From assembly GCA_963772045.1 (NCBI GenBank), contig CAVYWC010000007.1, forward strand, positions 438,023 to 502,022: 64,000 nucleotides of DNA, written 5' to 3'. The notes under the pieces were generated by a model. The model was not told the origin of the DNA and searched no databases. It saw nothing but the letters and a program-made list of their open reading frames with translations. Made by a program: the position numbers and the translations under genes. Source of the DNA: an uncultured Acidobacteriaceae bacterium (GTDB taxonomy: Bacteria > Acidobacteriota > Terriglobia > Terriglobales > Acidobacteriaceae). Below, in pieces: positions 44,830-53,897 of the stretch. How positions within the stretch are numbered: the stretch's first letter is position 1; each line of letters opens with the position of its first letter.

Positions 44830-46323
44830 ATGACCACTGTTGCTGCACCTCCCGTTGCTAAGCTGACGAACTACATTAACGGCGAATGGCACAATTCGCA
44901 GGCGTCCGAATGGCGCGACGTCGTGAATCCGGCGACTGGCGAGCTGCTCGCCAGCGTTCCTCTGGGCGACGCCGCCGACGTCAATGCTACCGTCGAAGCC
45001 GCAGCCGCAGCTTTTCCCGAATGGCGCCGCACTCCTCCGGAAGATCGAATCCAGCCGCTCTTCAAGCTCAAGATGTTGCTGGAAGAGCACATTGACGACA
45101 TCGCCCGCATCATCACCATCGAGAACGGCAAGACCTTCGCCGAAGCGAAGGCCGAGATGCGCCGCGCGATCGAGAATGTCGAAGTCGCCTGCGGCATTCC
45201 CATGATGATGCAGGGCTACAACCTCGAAGACGTGGCGCGCGGCATTGATGAAATGATGATCCGCCAGCCGCTCGGCGTAGTCGCGGCTATCGTTCCCTTC
45301 AATTTTCCCGGAATGATCGCATTCTGGTATCTGCCCTACGCGATCGCTACTGGGAATACATTTATTCTGAAGCCGAGCGAGCGCGTGCCGCTGACCATGC
45401 GCTATATCTACGAACTGCTGGGGAAGATCGGACTGCCGAAAGGCGTAGTGAACCTTGTGAACGGCGGCAAAGCCGCAGTCGACGCGTTAATCGATCATCC
45501 CAAAGTTCGCGCCATCAGTTTCGTCGGATCGACACCCGTTGCCCGCTATATCTATGCCCGTTCAGCCGAAAAGGGCAAGCGCTGCCAGTGTCAGGGCGGA
45601 GCGAAGAATCACGTGATCGTTCTCCCCGACGCCGATATGCCCATGGCCACTCAAATCATCAGCGACAGCGCTTTCGGATGCGCCGGCCAGCGTTGTCTGG
45701 CCGTCTCCGTTGCGGTCACGATCGGAGAAGCGCAGAAAACATTTCGCGACTTCATCGCCGATGCGGCTTCAAAACTGAAAGTCGGCTACGGGCTCGAAGA
45801 GGGCGTACACATGGGTCCAGTGATTACGCCGCAGAGTAAAGGGCGCGTCGAGTCGTTAATCGGCATTGGTGAGAAGCAGGGAGCGAAGGTTCTGCTCGAT
45901 GGCCGCAACACGAAAATTCCAAAACACGAATCAGGGAATTTCGTGAAGCCCACGATTCTCGATGACGTCCCTGCGACCAGCGAAATTACCGATACCGAAA
46001 TCTTTGGTCCGGTTCTGAGTCTGGTTCACGCGGATAATCTCGACGAAGGGTTAGCGTTTCTGGAGCGTAGCGCCTACGGAAATCAGGCTTCGCTGTTTAC
46101 ATCCAGCGGATCGGCGGCGCGCCGCTTCCGTTACGAAGCGCCTGCGGGAAATATCGGCATTAACATTGGAGTCGCGGCACCCATGGCCTATTTCCCTTTC
46201 AGCGGTTGGAAGAACAGCTTCTTTGGCGATCTGCACGCCCAGGGCCGAGATGGAATTGACTTCTACACGGATAAGAAAGTCGTTGTCGAACGCTGGGCCA
46301 AAGAGCACAGCAGAAAGTTTTAA
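44830..46323 (+). CDS. mmsA: CoA-acylating methylmalonate/malonate-semialdehyde dehydrogenase
   Basis: ALDH fold with the MmsA-type features NYINGEW, FNFPGMI, QGGAKNH and catalytic CAGQRCLA. The C-terminus is ...VVERW. Confidence 0.7.
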   Translation: MTTVAAPPVAKLTNYINGEWHNSQASEWRDVVNPATGELLASVPLGDAADVNATVEAAAAAFPEWRRTPPEDRIQPLFKLKMLLEEHIDDIARIITIENGKTFAEAKAEMRRAIENVEVACGIPMMMQGYNLEDVARGIDEMMIRQPLGVVAAIVPFNFPGMIAFWYLPYAIATGNTFILKPSERVPLTMRYIYELLGKIGLPKGVVNLVNGGKAAVDALIDHPKVRAISFVGSTPVARYIYARSAEKGKRCQCQGGAKNHVIVLPDADMPMATQIISDSAFGCAGQRCLAVSVAVTIGEAQKTFRDFIADAASKLKVGYGLEEGVHMGPVITPQSKGRVESLIGIGEKQGAKVLLDGRNTKIPKHESGNFVKPTILDDVPATSEITDTEIFGPVLSLVHADNLDEGLAFLERSAYGNQASLFTSSGSAARRFRYEAPAGNIGINIGVAAPMAYFPFSGWKNSFFGDLHAQGRDGIDFYTDKKVVVERWAKEHSRKF

Positions 46324-46326
46324 TCT

Positions 46327-46379
46327 CACCACGGAGACACGGAGAAGAAAGAAAAGGTTTTCTCTGTGGCTCTGTGGTG
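46327..46379. repeat. 20-bp-stem hairpin CACCACGGAGACACGGAGAA / TTCTCTGTGGCTCTGTGGTG (family C)
   Basis: It starts 4 nt after the mmsA stop, has a 13-nt A-rich loop, and has two G-U wobbles and one mismatch. A half-copy lies at 50718-50739. Confidence 0.6.
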
Positions 46380-46403
46380 AATGATTTTGTACGTGAGGAA
46401 TTT

Positions 46404-47741
46404 ATGACTACAACTGTTGCGAATCCCGCTATGACCGGCCAGGAAATGGTCGATCTCACCAAGAAGTACACTCTTTTCGAGTGGTCTGCCCAATCTAAGG
46501 TCGATCCCATCCCCGTCGCCAAAGCCAAGGGCATTTATTTCTGGACGCCGGAAGGCAAGCGCTTCATCGACTTCAACAGCCAGTTGATGTCCGTTAATAT
46601 CGGCCATGGGGACGAGCGCGTCATCAACGCCATCAAAGAGCAGGCCGAAACGCTCTGCTATGCCAATCCCTTCATGGCGACGGAACCTCGCGCTCGGCTG
46701 GGCGCGAAGCTGGCCGAGATCGCGCCAGGCGACATCGACACCTTCTTCTTCACCAATGGCGGCGCCGAAGCCAACGAAAATGCAATCAAGCTTGCCCGCT
46801 TTTTTACCGGACGCCATAAGATCATGGCGCGCTACCGCTCGTATCACGGTGCGACCGCCGGCAGCATGACCCTTACCGGTGATCCCCGCCGCTGGGCCGC
46901 TGAACCGGGAATTCCGGGAGTGGTCCGTGTGCTCGATCCCTACCACGGCATCGAGCGGGGATGGGAATCCGCCGAAAGTTCGCTGGCAAATATTGAAGAA
47001 ACGATGCAGCTCGAAGGTCCGCAAACCATTGCCGCGTTCATTCTCGAAACAGTGGTCGGCACAAACGGAATTCTCATTCCTCCCGACGGCTACATGCAAG
47101 GCGTGCGCAAACTCTGCGACAAATACGGCATCCTGATGATCGCCGACGAGGTAATGGCCGGATTTGGACGCACTGGCGAGTGGTTCGCCATCGATCACTG
47201 GAAAGTCGTTCCAGACCTGATCTGCATGGCCAAGGGACTGACCGCGAGCTATCTCCCGCTGGGTGCGGTCGGCATGCGGCATCACATCGCGCAGCATTTT
47301 CAGGACAAAGTGTTCTACGGCGGCTTGACTTACAACTCCCATCCCATGGGGTGCGCGGCCGCGCTGGCCACGATTCGCGTGTACGAAGAAGACAAGCTGA
47401 TCGACAACGCGAAGAAAATGGGCGCGATCATGAAGCAACTCGGCGCCGATATGCAGGCCAAGCATCCCTCGGTCGGCGCTGTGCGTTCCATTGGCTTATT
47501 CGGGATTTTCGAACTTGTACGCAACCGCAAGACAAAGCAACCTATGGCACCGTTTAATGGCACCTCCGAGGAAATGACCGCGCTGGGAAAGTTTTTCCGC
47601 GAGCAAGGCTTGTACACGCTGGTGCGCTGGAATACCTTCTTCACCAATCCTCCGCTCTGCATTAGCGAGCAGCAATTGCGAGAGGCTTTTGCAATCATCG
47701 ACAAAGGTTTGGAGATTACCGATCGCGCAGTGAAAGACTAA
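46404..47741 (+). CDS. Class III omega-aminotransferase (beta-alanine/taurine:pyruvate type)
   Basis: GAGGAA RBS. The motifs NGGAEANENAIKLAR, MIADEVMAGFGRTG and CMAKGLTASYLPLGAV (PLP Lys) are present. Confidence 0.8.
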   Translation: MTTTVANPAMTGQEMVDLTKKYTLFEWSAQSKVDPIPVAKAKGIYFWTPEGKRFIDFNSQLMSVNIGHGDERVINAIKEQAETLCYANPFMATEPRARLGAKLAEIAPGDIDTFFFTNGGAEANENAIKLARFFTGRHKIMARYRSYHGATAGSMTLTGDPRRWAAEPGIPGVVRVLDPYHGIERGWESAESSLANIEETMQLEGPQTIAAFILETVVGTNGILIPPDGYMQGVRKLCDKYGILMIADEVMAGFGRTGEWFAIDHWKVVPDLICMAKGLTASYLPLGAVGMRHHIAQHFQDKVFYGGLTYNSHPMGCAAALATIRVYEEDKLIDNAKKMGAIMKQLGADMQAKHPSVGAVRSIGLFGIFELVRNRKTKQPMAPFNGTSEEMTALGKFFREQGLYTLVRWNTFFTNPPLCISEQQLREAFAIIDKGLEITDRAVKD

Positions 47742-48095
47742 CTTCTCGTAAGCCACGTTCCCGCGGTGAATCGGCGCTCACTTGCCTGTGGTGTGTAGCA
47801 GGCGTGTAGTTCGTCGCGCATTGGATAATTGTTCCAAATTCCGAACGAAACCAACCAAAATCGCCACGTTACCGCCATGTGAAAGCCATCCTTTCGCAGA
47901 AGTTTCGCACCGTGTTCGGTTTTCGTAACGACGGTTGCAAAATGTGACTCTCGTCACTGATACTGCACCGAGTCTCCCGTAATGCTGTGTTTCGCTGCGT
48001 CCGCGCCGGTCTGCCAGCGATCGCATACAGGTTGGAGAATTTTCTCAGCCGTAGGCGGCGTCGCCACAACCATAATGTAGGATTCAGGAGTCGGC

Positions 48096-50696
48096 TTGAA
48101 CAGGATCGCTCGGTGGATCTCTTTCGATTTTTTCCCCCGGTGGGGACGGACTTCGCCCAGGCGATATGCGTTCACGGCTCTAGTCCTCGCGCTTGCGACG
48201 GTGGCGCGTTACGTCCTTGATACTTACGTCGGATTGACTCCTCCGTTTATTTTCTTCTATCCCGCAGTCTTGATTATCAGTTTATTCGCCGGACTCTGGC
48301 CTAGTGTAGTCGCAACATTCTTGTCGGCTGCCATCGCCGAAGTGTTCTTCATCGTCGGGGTCGGCGCACCACTGCTAGACCGTACCCAACAATTTGTGGC
48401 ATCGGCAGTGTTCTGTACCTTGGCGATTTTGACCAGCGCTTTTCTGCATGCGGCGCGTCGGCGGGCCGGGGAGTCGCTTCGCGTGGGAGAAGACCGTTAC
48501 CGCGACCTGGTCGAGCACAGCCAGGACCTGCTCTGCACCCACGATTTGGAAGGAAGGCTGCTGACAGTCAATCCCGCTCCGGCGCGCATTCTGGGCTATT
48601 CGGTTGAAGAGTTACTCAAGATTCCAATGCGCAATTTGATCGTCCCGGAGGGCCGGGAAGAGTTCGAGAGCCTGGAGCGGCTCCGGACTACCGGCCAACC
48701 GGAGCGCGGCCTGCTATGCGTTATCTGCCAGAGCGGAGAAACCAGGATTTGGGAGTACCACAACACCCTGCGCACTGAAGGCGTGGACAAGCCAATCGTG
48801 CGCGGAATGGCGCACGACTTGGCGGATGGAACCGAGAGGCACGAACTGGGCAATGCCGCACCTCTACTCGATCCGCAGGGGAACGTCCGCGGAGCAGTCG
48901 CCGCTGCCGTGGACGTCACGGAGCAGGTCCGGGCCGAAGCCGCGCTGCGCCACAGTGAAGAGCACTTCCGGATTCTGGTGGAACAGGTTCCCAATGGGAT
49001 CTTCATTGCCGATTCTCACGGAACATACCTTGACATGAACTCGGCGGGCGCAGAAATGCTCGGCTATTCGCGGGAGGAGCTTTTGCAGCGCGGCATTCCC
49101 GACGTGGTCGCGGCAGAGGAGCTCCAGCGCGTCCCCGACGAACTGCAAGCGCTGCATGAAAAAGCGATTGTTCGTAGCGAATGGAAGTTCAAGCGCAAAG
49201 ACGGGTCATTTTTCCCCGGCGAGGTGTTCGGTAGAAAGCTGCCCGATGGCCGCTTGCAGGGTATCCTGTGCGACATCACCGATCGCAAGCGGGCAGAGGA
49301 ACTCTTGCGCCAAAATGAAGAACGCTTTCGCGTCGCGCTGAAAGATTCTCCCATCAGCGTTTTCAGCCAGGATCGAGAGCTGCGCTACACCTGGATCTAC
49401 AATGCGCAGTCCCATTGGCAGGAAAATGTCTTGGGGATGACCGACGATGATCTGCTCGGTCCGGACAAAGCTCGGCCATTGCGCGAACTGAAACAAAAAG
49501 TTATCGAAACCGGCGTGGGGGTGCGCGAAGAAGTCATGATTCGCACGAACGGAAAAAGTCTTTCCTTTGACGTCACCATTGAGCCCCTGTTTGATTCCGA
49601 AGGGCGCGTTGTGGGCATCACGGGCGCGGCTATGGATATCGCGCGGCTCCGGGAACTGGCTGACAGCTTGCAAGATGCCAAGGAACAGCTGATCCGCGAA
49701 AAGCGTTACCTCGAAAAAGAGATCGATGCGGAGCTCGGTTTCGAGAGGATTATTGGCCAGAGTCCCGCATTGCGCGAGGTGTTAAAGCAAGCCCGCGTCG
49801 TGGCCTCCACCGATTCGACCGTGTTACTGCTGGGAGAAACCGGCACCGGCAAGGAATTGGTGGCCCGCTCGATCCACGGGCTCAGCTCGCGCCACGATAA
49901 AAGTTTCATCAAGCTCAATTGCGCCGCCGTACCCACCGGCCTCCTGGAAAGCGAACTCTTCGGCCACGAAAAAGGATCATTCACCGGAGCCGTCAGCCAG
50001 AAGGTTGGACGTCTGGAACTCGCCGACAAGGGAACCCTGTTTCTGGACGAAGTCGGCGAATTACCTTTGGAGCTCCAGCCCAAGCTGCTGCGCGTATTAC
50101 AGGACCGCGAATTCGAACGCCTCGGCGGCGTTCGTACTCTGCATGTGGACGTGCGGATTATCTCCGCCACCAATCGCGATTTGAAAGCAGACTTGGCTGC
50201 CAGGAGATTCCGGGAAGATTTGTTTTACCGGCTCAACGTATTTCCCATTGAGTTGCCGCCGCTTCGACAGCGCCCCGACGATATCGCAAAGCTGGTCCAT
50301 CATTTTGTGGCCAAGCATGCTACCCGCATGGGTAAGCACATACAATCCATTCCCGATAAAACCATGAACGTTCTGGGGCAATGGAACTGGCCAGGAAACG
50401 TTCGTGAATTGGAAAACCTGATCGAGCGCATGGTCATTCTGACCAAGGACCGCGTGCTGGCACCCCCGCCTGTGGAATTGTGTTCCCCCCAACTCGCGGC
50501 CGATGACAGTTTCACGGATATGGAGCGCGAACATATTATTCGCGTCTTGCGCGAAACCAACGGTGTGCTTTCCGGCTCCGACGGAGCCGCCACCAGGTTG
50601 GGCGTCAAGCGCACCACGCTGCAGTCGATGCTGAAGCGCTTCAATATCCAGGTGCAGGATTTCCGACGCGGCCCCGCACCCCTCGCTCCTGGCTAA
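48096..50696 (+). CDS. Sigma54-dependent enhancer-binding protein: membrane DUF4118-like + 3 PAS (+1 PAS stub) + AAA+ + Fis-HTH
   Basis: TTG start follows AGGAG. The N-terminal region has 3-4 TM helices, followed by PAS-like segments. AAA+ Walker A is GETGTGKE. The sigma54-contact loop is EKGSFTGA (a GAFTGA variant). The motifs GNVRELEN and a C-terminal HTH (AATRLGVKRTTLQSMLKRF) are present. Confidence 0.85.
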   Translation: MNRIARWISFDFFPRWGRTSPRRYAFTALVLALATVARYVLDTYVGLTPPFIFFYPAVLIISLFAGLWPSVVATFLSAAIAEVFFIVGVGAPLLDRTQQFVASAVFCTLAILTSAFLHAARRRAGESLRVGEDRYRDLVEHSQDLLCTHDLEGRLLTVNPAPARILGYSVEELLKIPMRNLIVPEGREEFESLERLRTTGQPERGLLCVICQSGETRIWEYHNTLRTEGVDKPIVRGMAHDLADGTERHELGNAAPLLDPQGNVRGAVAAAVDVTEQVRAEAALRHSEEHFRILVEQVPNGIFIADSHGTYLDMNSAGAEMLGYSREELLQRGIPDVVAAEELQRVPDELQALHEKAIVRSEWKFKRKDGSFFPGEVFGRKLPDGRLQGILCDITDRKRAEELLRQNEERFRVALKDSPISVFSQDRELRYTWIYNAQSHWQENVLGMTDDDLLGPDKARPLRELKQKVIETGVGVREEVMIRTNGKSLSFDVTIEPLFDSEGRVVGITGAAMDIARLRELADSLQDAKEQLIREKRYLEKEIDAELGFERIIGQSPALREVLKQARVVASTDSTVLLLGETGTGKELVARSIHGLSSRHDKSFIKLNCAAVPTGLLESELFGHEKGSFTGAVSQKVGRLELADKGTLFLDEVGELPLELQPKLLRVLQDREFERLGGVRTLHVDVRIISATNRDLKADLAARRFREDLFYRLNVFPIELPPLRQRPDDIAKLVHHFVAKHATRMGKHIQSIPDKTMNVLGQWNWPGNVRELENLIERMVILTKDRVLAPPPVELCSPQLAADDSFTDMEREHIIRVLRETNGVLSGSDGAATRLGVKRTTLQSMLKRFNIQVQDFRRGPAPLAPG

Positions 50697-50717
50697 CTCC
50701 GAGGTCTTCCGCCGTGT

Positions 50718-50739
50718 AACTCTGTGCCCTCTGTGGTGG
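50718..50739. repeat. Half-copy of family C element (AACTCTGTGCCCTCTGTGGTGG)
   Basis: It matches the right arm of 46360-46379. It lies between the convergent sigma54-activator and dmpA-like genes. Confidence 0.45.
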
Positions 50740-50767
50740 CCTGTGCCTCCGAGAAACCCTGGAATCC

Positions 50768-51958
50768 TCATTTCGCCAGGCGGTTGTACTTCTTGAGCAC
50801 TTCCCGCAGCCGGTCGTGCGGCAATGCGATCACTGTATGCCCATTGATGCCGGTCATCGTTTCCGCGGCGACCATGGCATTCACGACAGCTTCTTCCGTG
50901 GCTTGCACGGTGGCCAGAAAAATCGGATCTAGACCGTCGTTTGGCAGCATGGTCAGCGCATGTAATCCCTTTGGACCCGCCGCCCCCGGATTCGCCGTTG
51001 AAAATGCGATAAAAATATCTCCCGACCCGTCGCCGGAGTAGCTTCCATCCCGGCCCAGACCGAGCGAAACTTTCTTCGCAACCCGCTTCAGTTGCGTGGG
51101 AATCAGCGGCGTGTCGGTGGCCACGACCACGATAATCGAGCCCACATCTTTATCCCAGACCGTGTGTTCCGGAATCTCCCGTCCCACATTGACCCCCGCG
51201 ATCCGCAGTTGCTCGCGCGACCCATAGTTGCATTGCACCAGAACTCCGACCGTGTAATTTCCTTCTTTCGTTTGCACCAGGCGAGACGAAGTGCCGATCC
51301 CGCCCTTAAACTCGTTGCAGATCATGCCCGTGCCGCCACCCACATTGCCTTCCTCGACCGGTCCGGACTGAGCCGAATCGATCGCGTGCCATGCGTTCTC
51401 AGCGGTCACGTGAAATCCATTGATATCGTTCAAATAGCCATCCCAGGTTTCGGCCACCACCGGCAGCGACCACCAATAGCCTTCCATATCCGGCGAGCCG
51501 TGCTTGACCTTCCATGCGATGACCGCATCGCGCACCACCCCCACGCTATGCGTGTTCGTGATCATGACCGGGCCGTCGAGAAATCCGGAATCCTCGACCC
51601 ACGTGGTGCCGGTCATCTCGCCGTTGCCGTTCAATGTGAACCAGGCAGCAAAGACGGCATCTTTCGAATTCTTTCCTCGCGGCTCGATTGCCGTTACTCC
51701 GGTCCGCACCGGGCCTTGACCCACCACCAGTTTGCCCGCGCCGGAAATCAAGGTCGTTTCCCCGACCTCGACCCCGCCCACGTCGGTGATCGCATTGTAC
51801 TTGCCGGGTGTACCGTCAAAGGGAACTCCGAGATCCCGCGCCCGAGGCTTGGTTTGAGCCGACAAACTCAGGGAGAACAGAATCAGCAACACGCTTCCTG
51901 CCGCCATCGAACGAAATCGCTTTCCGACACGGAATCGCTTTCCGAAATCAGCGAACAT
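50768..51958 (-). CDS. Secreted DmpA/BapA-family (Peptidase_S58) aminopeptidase
   Basis: Signal peptide followed by the motifs GVTAI, NGNGEMTG, ITNTHSVG and GGGTGM. A putative autoprocessing site lies at DVG|SIIVVVATDTPL. An alternative start lies at 51907. Confidence 0.8.
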   Translation of the reverse strand: MFADFGKRFRVGKRFRSMAAGSVLLILFSLSLSAQTKPRARDLGVPFDGTPGKYNAITDVGGVEVGETTLISGAGKLVVGQGPVRTGVTAIEPRGKNSKDAVFAAWFTLNGNGEMTGTTWVEDSGFLDGPVMITNTHSVGVVRDAVIAWKVKHGSPDMEGYWWSLPVVAETWDGYLNDINGFHVTAENAWHAIDSAQSGPVEEGNVGGGTGMICNEFKGGIGTSSRLVQTKEGNYTVGVLVQCNYGSREQLRIAGVNVGREIPEHTVWDKDVGSIIVVVATDTPLIPTQLKRVAKKVSLGLGRDGSYSGDGSGDIFIAFSTANPGAAGPKGLHALTMLPNDGLDPIFLATVQATEEAVVNAMVAAETMTGINGHTVIALPHDRLREVLKKYNRLAK

Positions 51959-52079
51959 GTGCCCTCCGGAGAACCCCGCAGTATACAGCGCCCGCTGTAG
52001 ACAGGAATGCAGTGAATTGAGGTTTGTTGCCCGCCGCTACGCGCGGGTACAATCAATTTGGCGTTGTGATGGGGGAAGA

Positions 52080-52361
52080 ATGGATAGCTGGAAGAAGGCC
52101 GTCATCGCGGGAGCAATTGGAGCAGGCGGCATCCTGTTCATGAAGCGAAGATTTCCCGCCGGCGTGCTAGCAACCGGAGTGGGGCTGGCGGTGCTGGCAT
52201 CGGAGTATCCCGAAAAGTTTGAGCGAGTACGGCAGCGCCTGCCGGAATATTTTGAGCGCGGCATGCAAGTCATGGAGATGGCCGGCCGCGCCGGCCGCCG
52301 TCTCACCTGGGCGAATGCCGGTCAGACCGCGATGGAAGCCTGGGAAGAAATCAGCGGATAA
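52080..52361 (+). CDS. Small 2-TM membrane protein (93 aa)
   Basis: Two hydrophobic stretches (AVIAGAIGAGGILF and GVLATGVGLAVLA). A purine-rich RBS precedes ATG 52080. Confidence 0.45.
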   Translation: MDSWKKAVIAGAIGAGGILFMKRRFPAGVLATGVGLAVLASEYPEKFERVRQRLPEYFERGMQVMEMAGRAGRRLTWANAGQTAMEAWEEISG

Positions 52362-52395
52362 AAATCATACTGTGGAGCTCGGACGACTGTCCGGT

Positions 52396-52438
52396 GTCAT
52401 CCTGAACGCAGCCGTTCTTCGGGCGAAGTGAAGGATCC
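52396..52438. repeat. REP-like element family A, second copy
   Basis: GTCATCCTGAACGCAG...GGGCGAAGTGAAGGATCC shares both termini with 44666-44730. Confidence 0.55.
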
Positions 52439-52528
52439 CCCCGCTAAGCCGGCTTGGCGCGTAAGCCAAATTCCGCAGCCTTACTGATGCTGAAGCCAGA
52501 GGTCCAGGGGACTGACGAAGTCCTGCTT

Positions 52529-52846
52529 TTACTCGATGCCCAACTGCTTTCTGGCATCCGCGCTAAGCCGCTCCGGAGTCCACGGCGGAGTCCACACCAC
52601 ATTCACCTGCACGTTGCGCACGCCCGGCAACTGCTCCAGACGCGACTTTACTTGTGCGCTGATGTTCACGTGCTCCGGGCAGCCCTGCGCGGTCAGCGTC
52701 ATCTCGATCGTGACGTCCTGCTTGTTGTCGTCCGCGGGCGTAAAGCCGACGTTGTAAATCAGGCCGAGATCGACGATGTTGACCGGAATCTCAGGATCGT
52801 AGCAGCTCCTGAGCGCGCTTAGAACATCTTGTTCAGTCACCGGCAT
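52529..52846 (-). CDS. DUF59 Fe-S cluster assembly protein (SufT/PaaD-like)
   Basis: The motifs CYDPEIPVNIVDLGLIY, TLTAQGCP and LPGV are present, and the length is 105 aa. Confidence 0.85.
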   Translation of the reverse strand: MPVTEQDVLSALRSCYDPEIPVNIVDLGLIYNVGFTPADDNKQDVTIEMTLTAQGCPEHVNISAQVKSRLEQLPGVRNVQVNVVWTPPWTPERLSADARKQLGIE

Positions 52847-53007
52847 GGGGCCTACTCCTGCTATTGAGTGTACAACGGCCCGGAAATTCGACGAGCACGG
52901 GGCCCCATCCTTGTAGCGCTTTGTGCGACAGGATGGGGATTTTGACTTCCACCCTAGCTTTCTGAACTCATCACACTCGAAGCGATAATAGCTGCCATAA
53001 TTCTTCC

Positions 53008-53745
53008 ATGCTCACTCCAGACACCAAGAAAAAGATTCAACTCGTGCTGGCCATCGCCATCGTCGTGGCGGCCGCCCGCACCGGCTATATTTTTTATCAG
53101 CGCCACCAAGACTACGTCGCCGCCGAAAAACAGAAGCAGGCGCAGAATCTCGGATATTCCGATCCCGACTTGTATGTCAATCCCAGGAGGCTTTATCCCT
53201 ACGACTTGAAATCCGCGATGCAGCTCACCCAGCAGCCTGTCTGGGTTCAGGAGGGCTATCACTATGCCTATTACCCCTACGAACCCGGCAGCAAGCGCGT
53301 CGATTTCAAACACGAAACTGGAGTGCTCGGCCCCATCGAAGAATTGCACATTACCGATGTGATCACCGCTATGCCGCCCGGTGCAGGCCAGCAGAGGCAA
53401 GTCGTGGCCCTATTTGAGAAGGATGGGAAAAGCTACGCCGTGCCCATTGGAGTCGAAGCGGATAACGAATACAAAATTTATTCCGACTACATGTTTTTCG
53501 TCGAGAATCCGCACGATCTCTACAAGCACTGGCCTGCGGACGTCTGGCAAGCCATCGAGCAGCACGAAGTCAAGCCCGGGATGAACGAACTGCAGGCCAG
53601 TTTTTCCGTAGGCATGGGCGTGCCTGATCCGGGCGGTGATTCCGACGAAAAAACAGTCCGGTATCCGAACGGCGGCAAGCCCCTGGTCGTTGTTTTTCGT
53701 GATGGAAGAGCGGCTGAGATTACGCCGGGGGCGCAGCCATCGTAA
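53008..53745 (+). CDS. Membrane-anchored periplasmic hypothetical protein
   Basis: N-terminal TM helix IQLVLAIAIVVAAARTGYIF. The C-terminal part carries a BamE/SmpA-like motif (VKPGMNELQASFSVGMGVP). Confidence 0.55.
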   Translation: MLTPDTKKKIQLVLAIAIVVAAARTGYIFYQRHQDYVAAEKQKQAQNLGYSDPDLYVNPRRLYPYDLKSAMQLTQQPVWVQEGYHYAYYPYEPGSKRVDFKHETGVLGPIEELHITDVITAMPPGAGQQRQVVALFEKDGKSYAVPIGVEADNEYKIYSDYMFFVENPHDLYKHWPADVWQAIEQHEVKPGMNELQASFSVGMGVPDPGGDSDEKTVRYPNGGKPLVVVFRDGRAAEITPGAQPS

Positions 53746-53897
53746 GCGCCAGATTCTCCCTTGCAGTTCGGGAGGGCTTTGCGTCAGGTTTGGAAAGGGC
53801 ACAAATTTCACTCGTGCCGGGAAGTTTCCTCGGCAATCGGCGCGGGAAATCGTAGCTTTCCAAGCAGGAGCGAGACTCGACTTTTTTGGCGCTCTTT

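Noticed and set aside
46326-47465. 379-aa ORF on the minus strand
   Set aside because: It is antisense to the omega-aminotransferase, whose PLP motifs are clear. I treat it as a shadow ORF.
51092-52000. 302-aa ORF on the plus strand; likewise 53886-54755 (289 aa)
   Set aside because: They are antisense to the DmpA-family and VOC genes respectively. Both are His/Arg/Asp-rich with no motifs, so I treat them as shadow ORFs.
51974-52000. Sigma54-like -24/-12 candidate upstream of the DmpA-family gene (GGGCGC...TGC on the minus strand); a similar one lies at 44724-44740 (GGATCCCACGCTTGCC)
   Set aside because: Both have GG-N11-GC spacing instead of the strict GG-N10-GC. The second lies inside a REP-like element. 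I do not trust them without a PWM scan.
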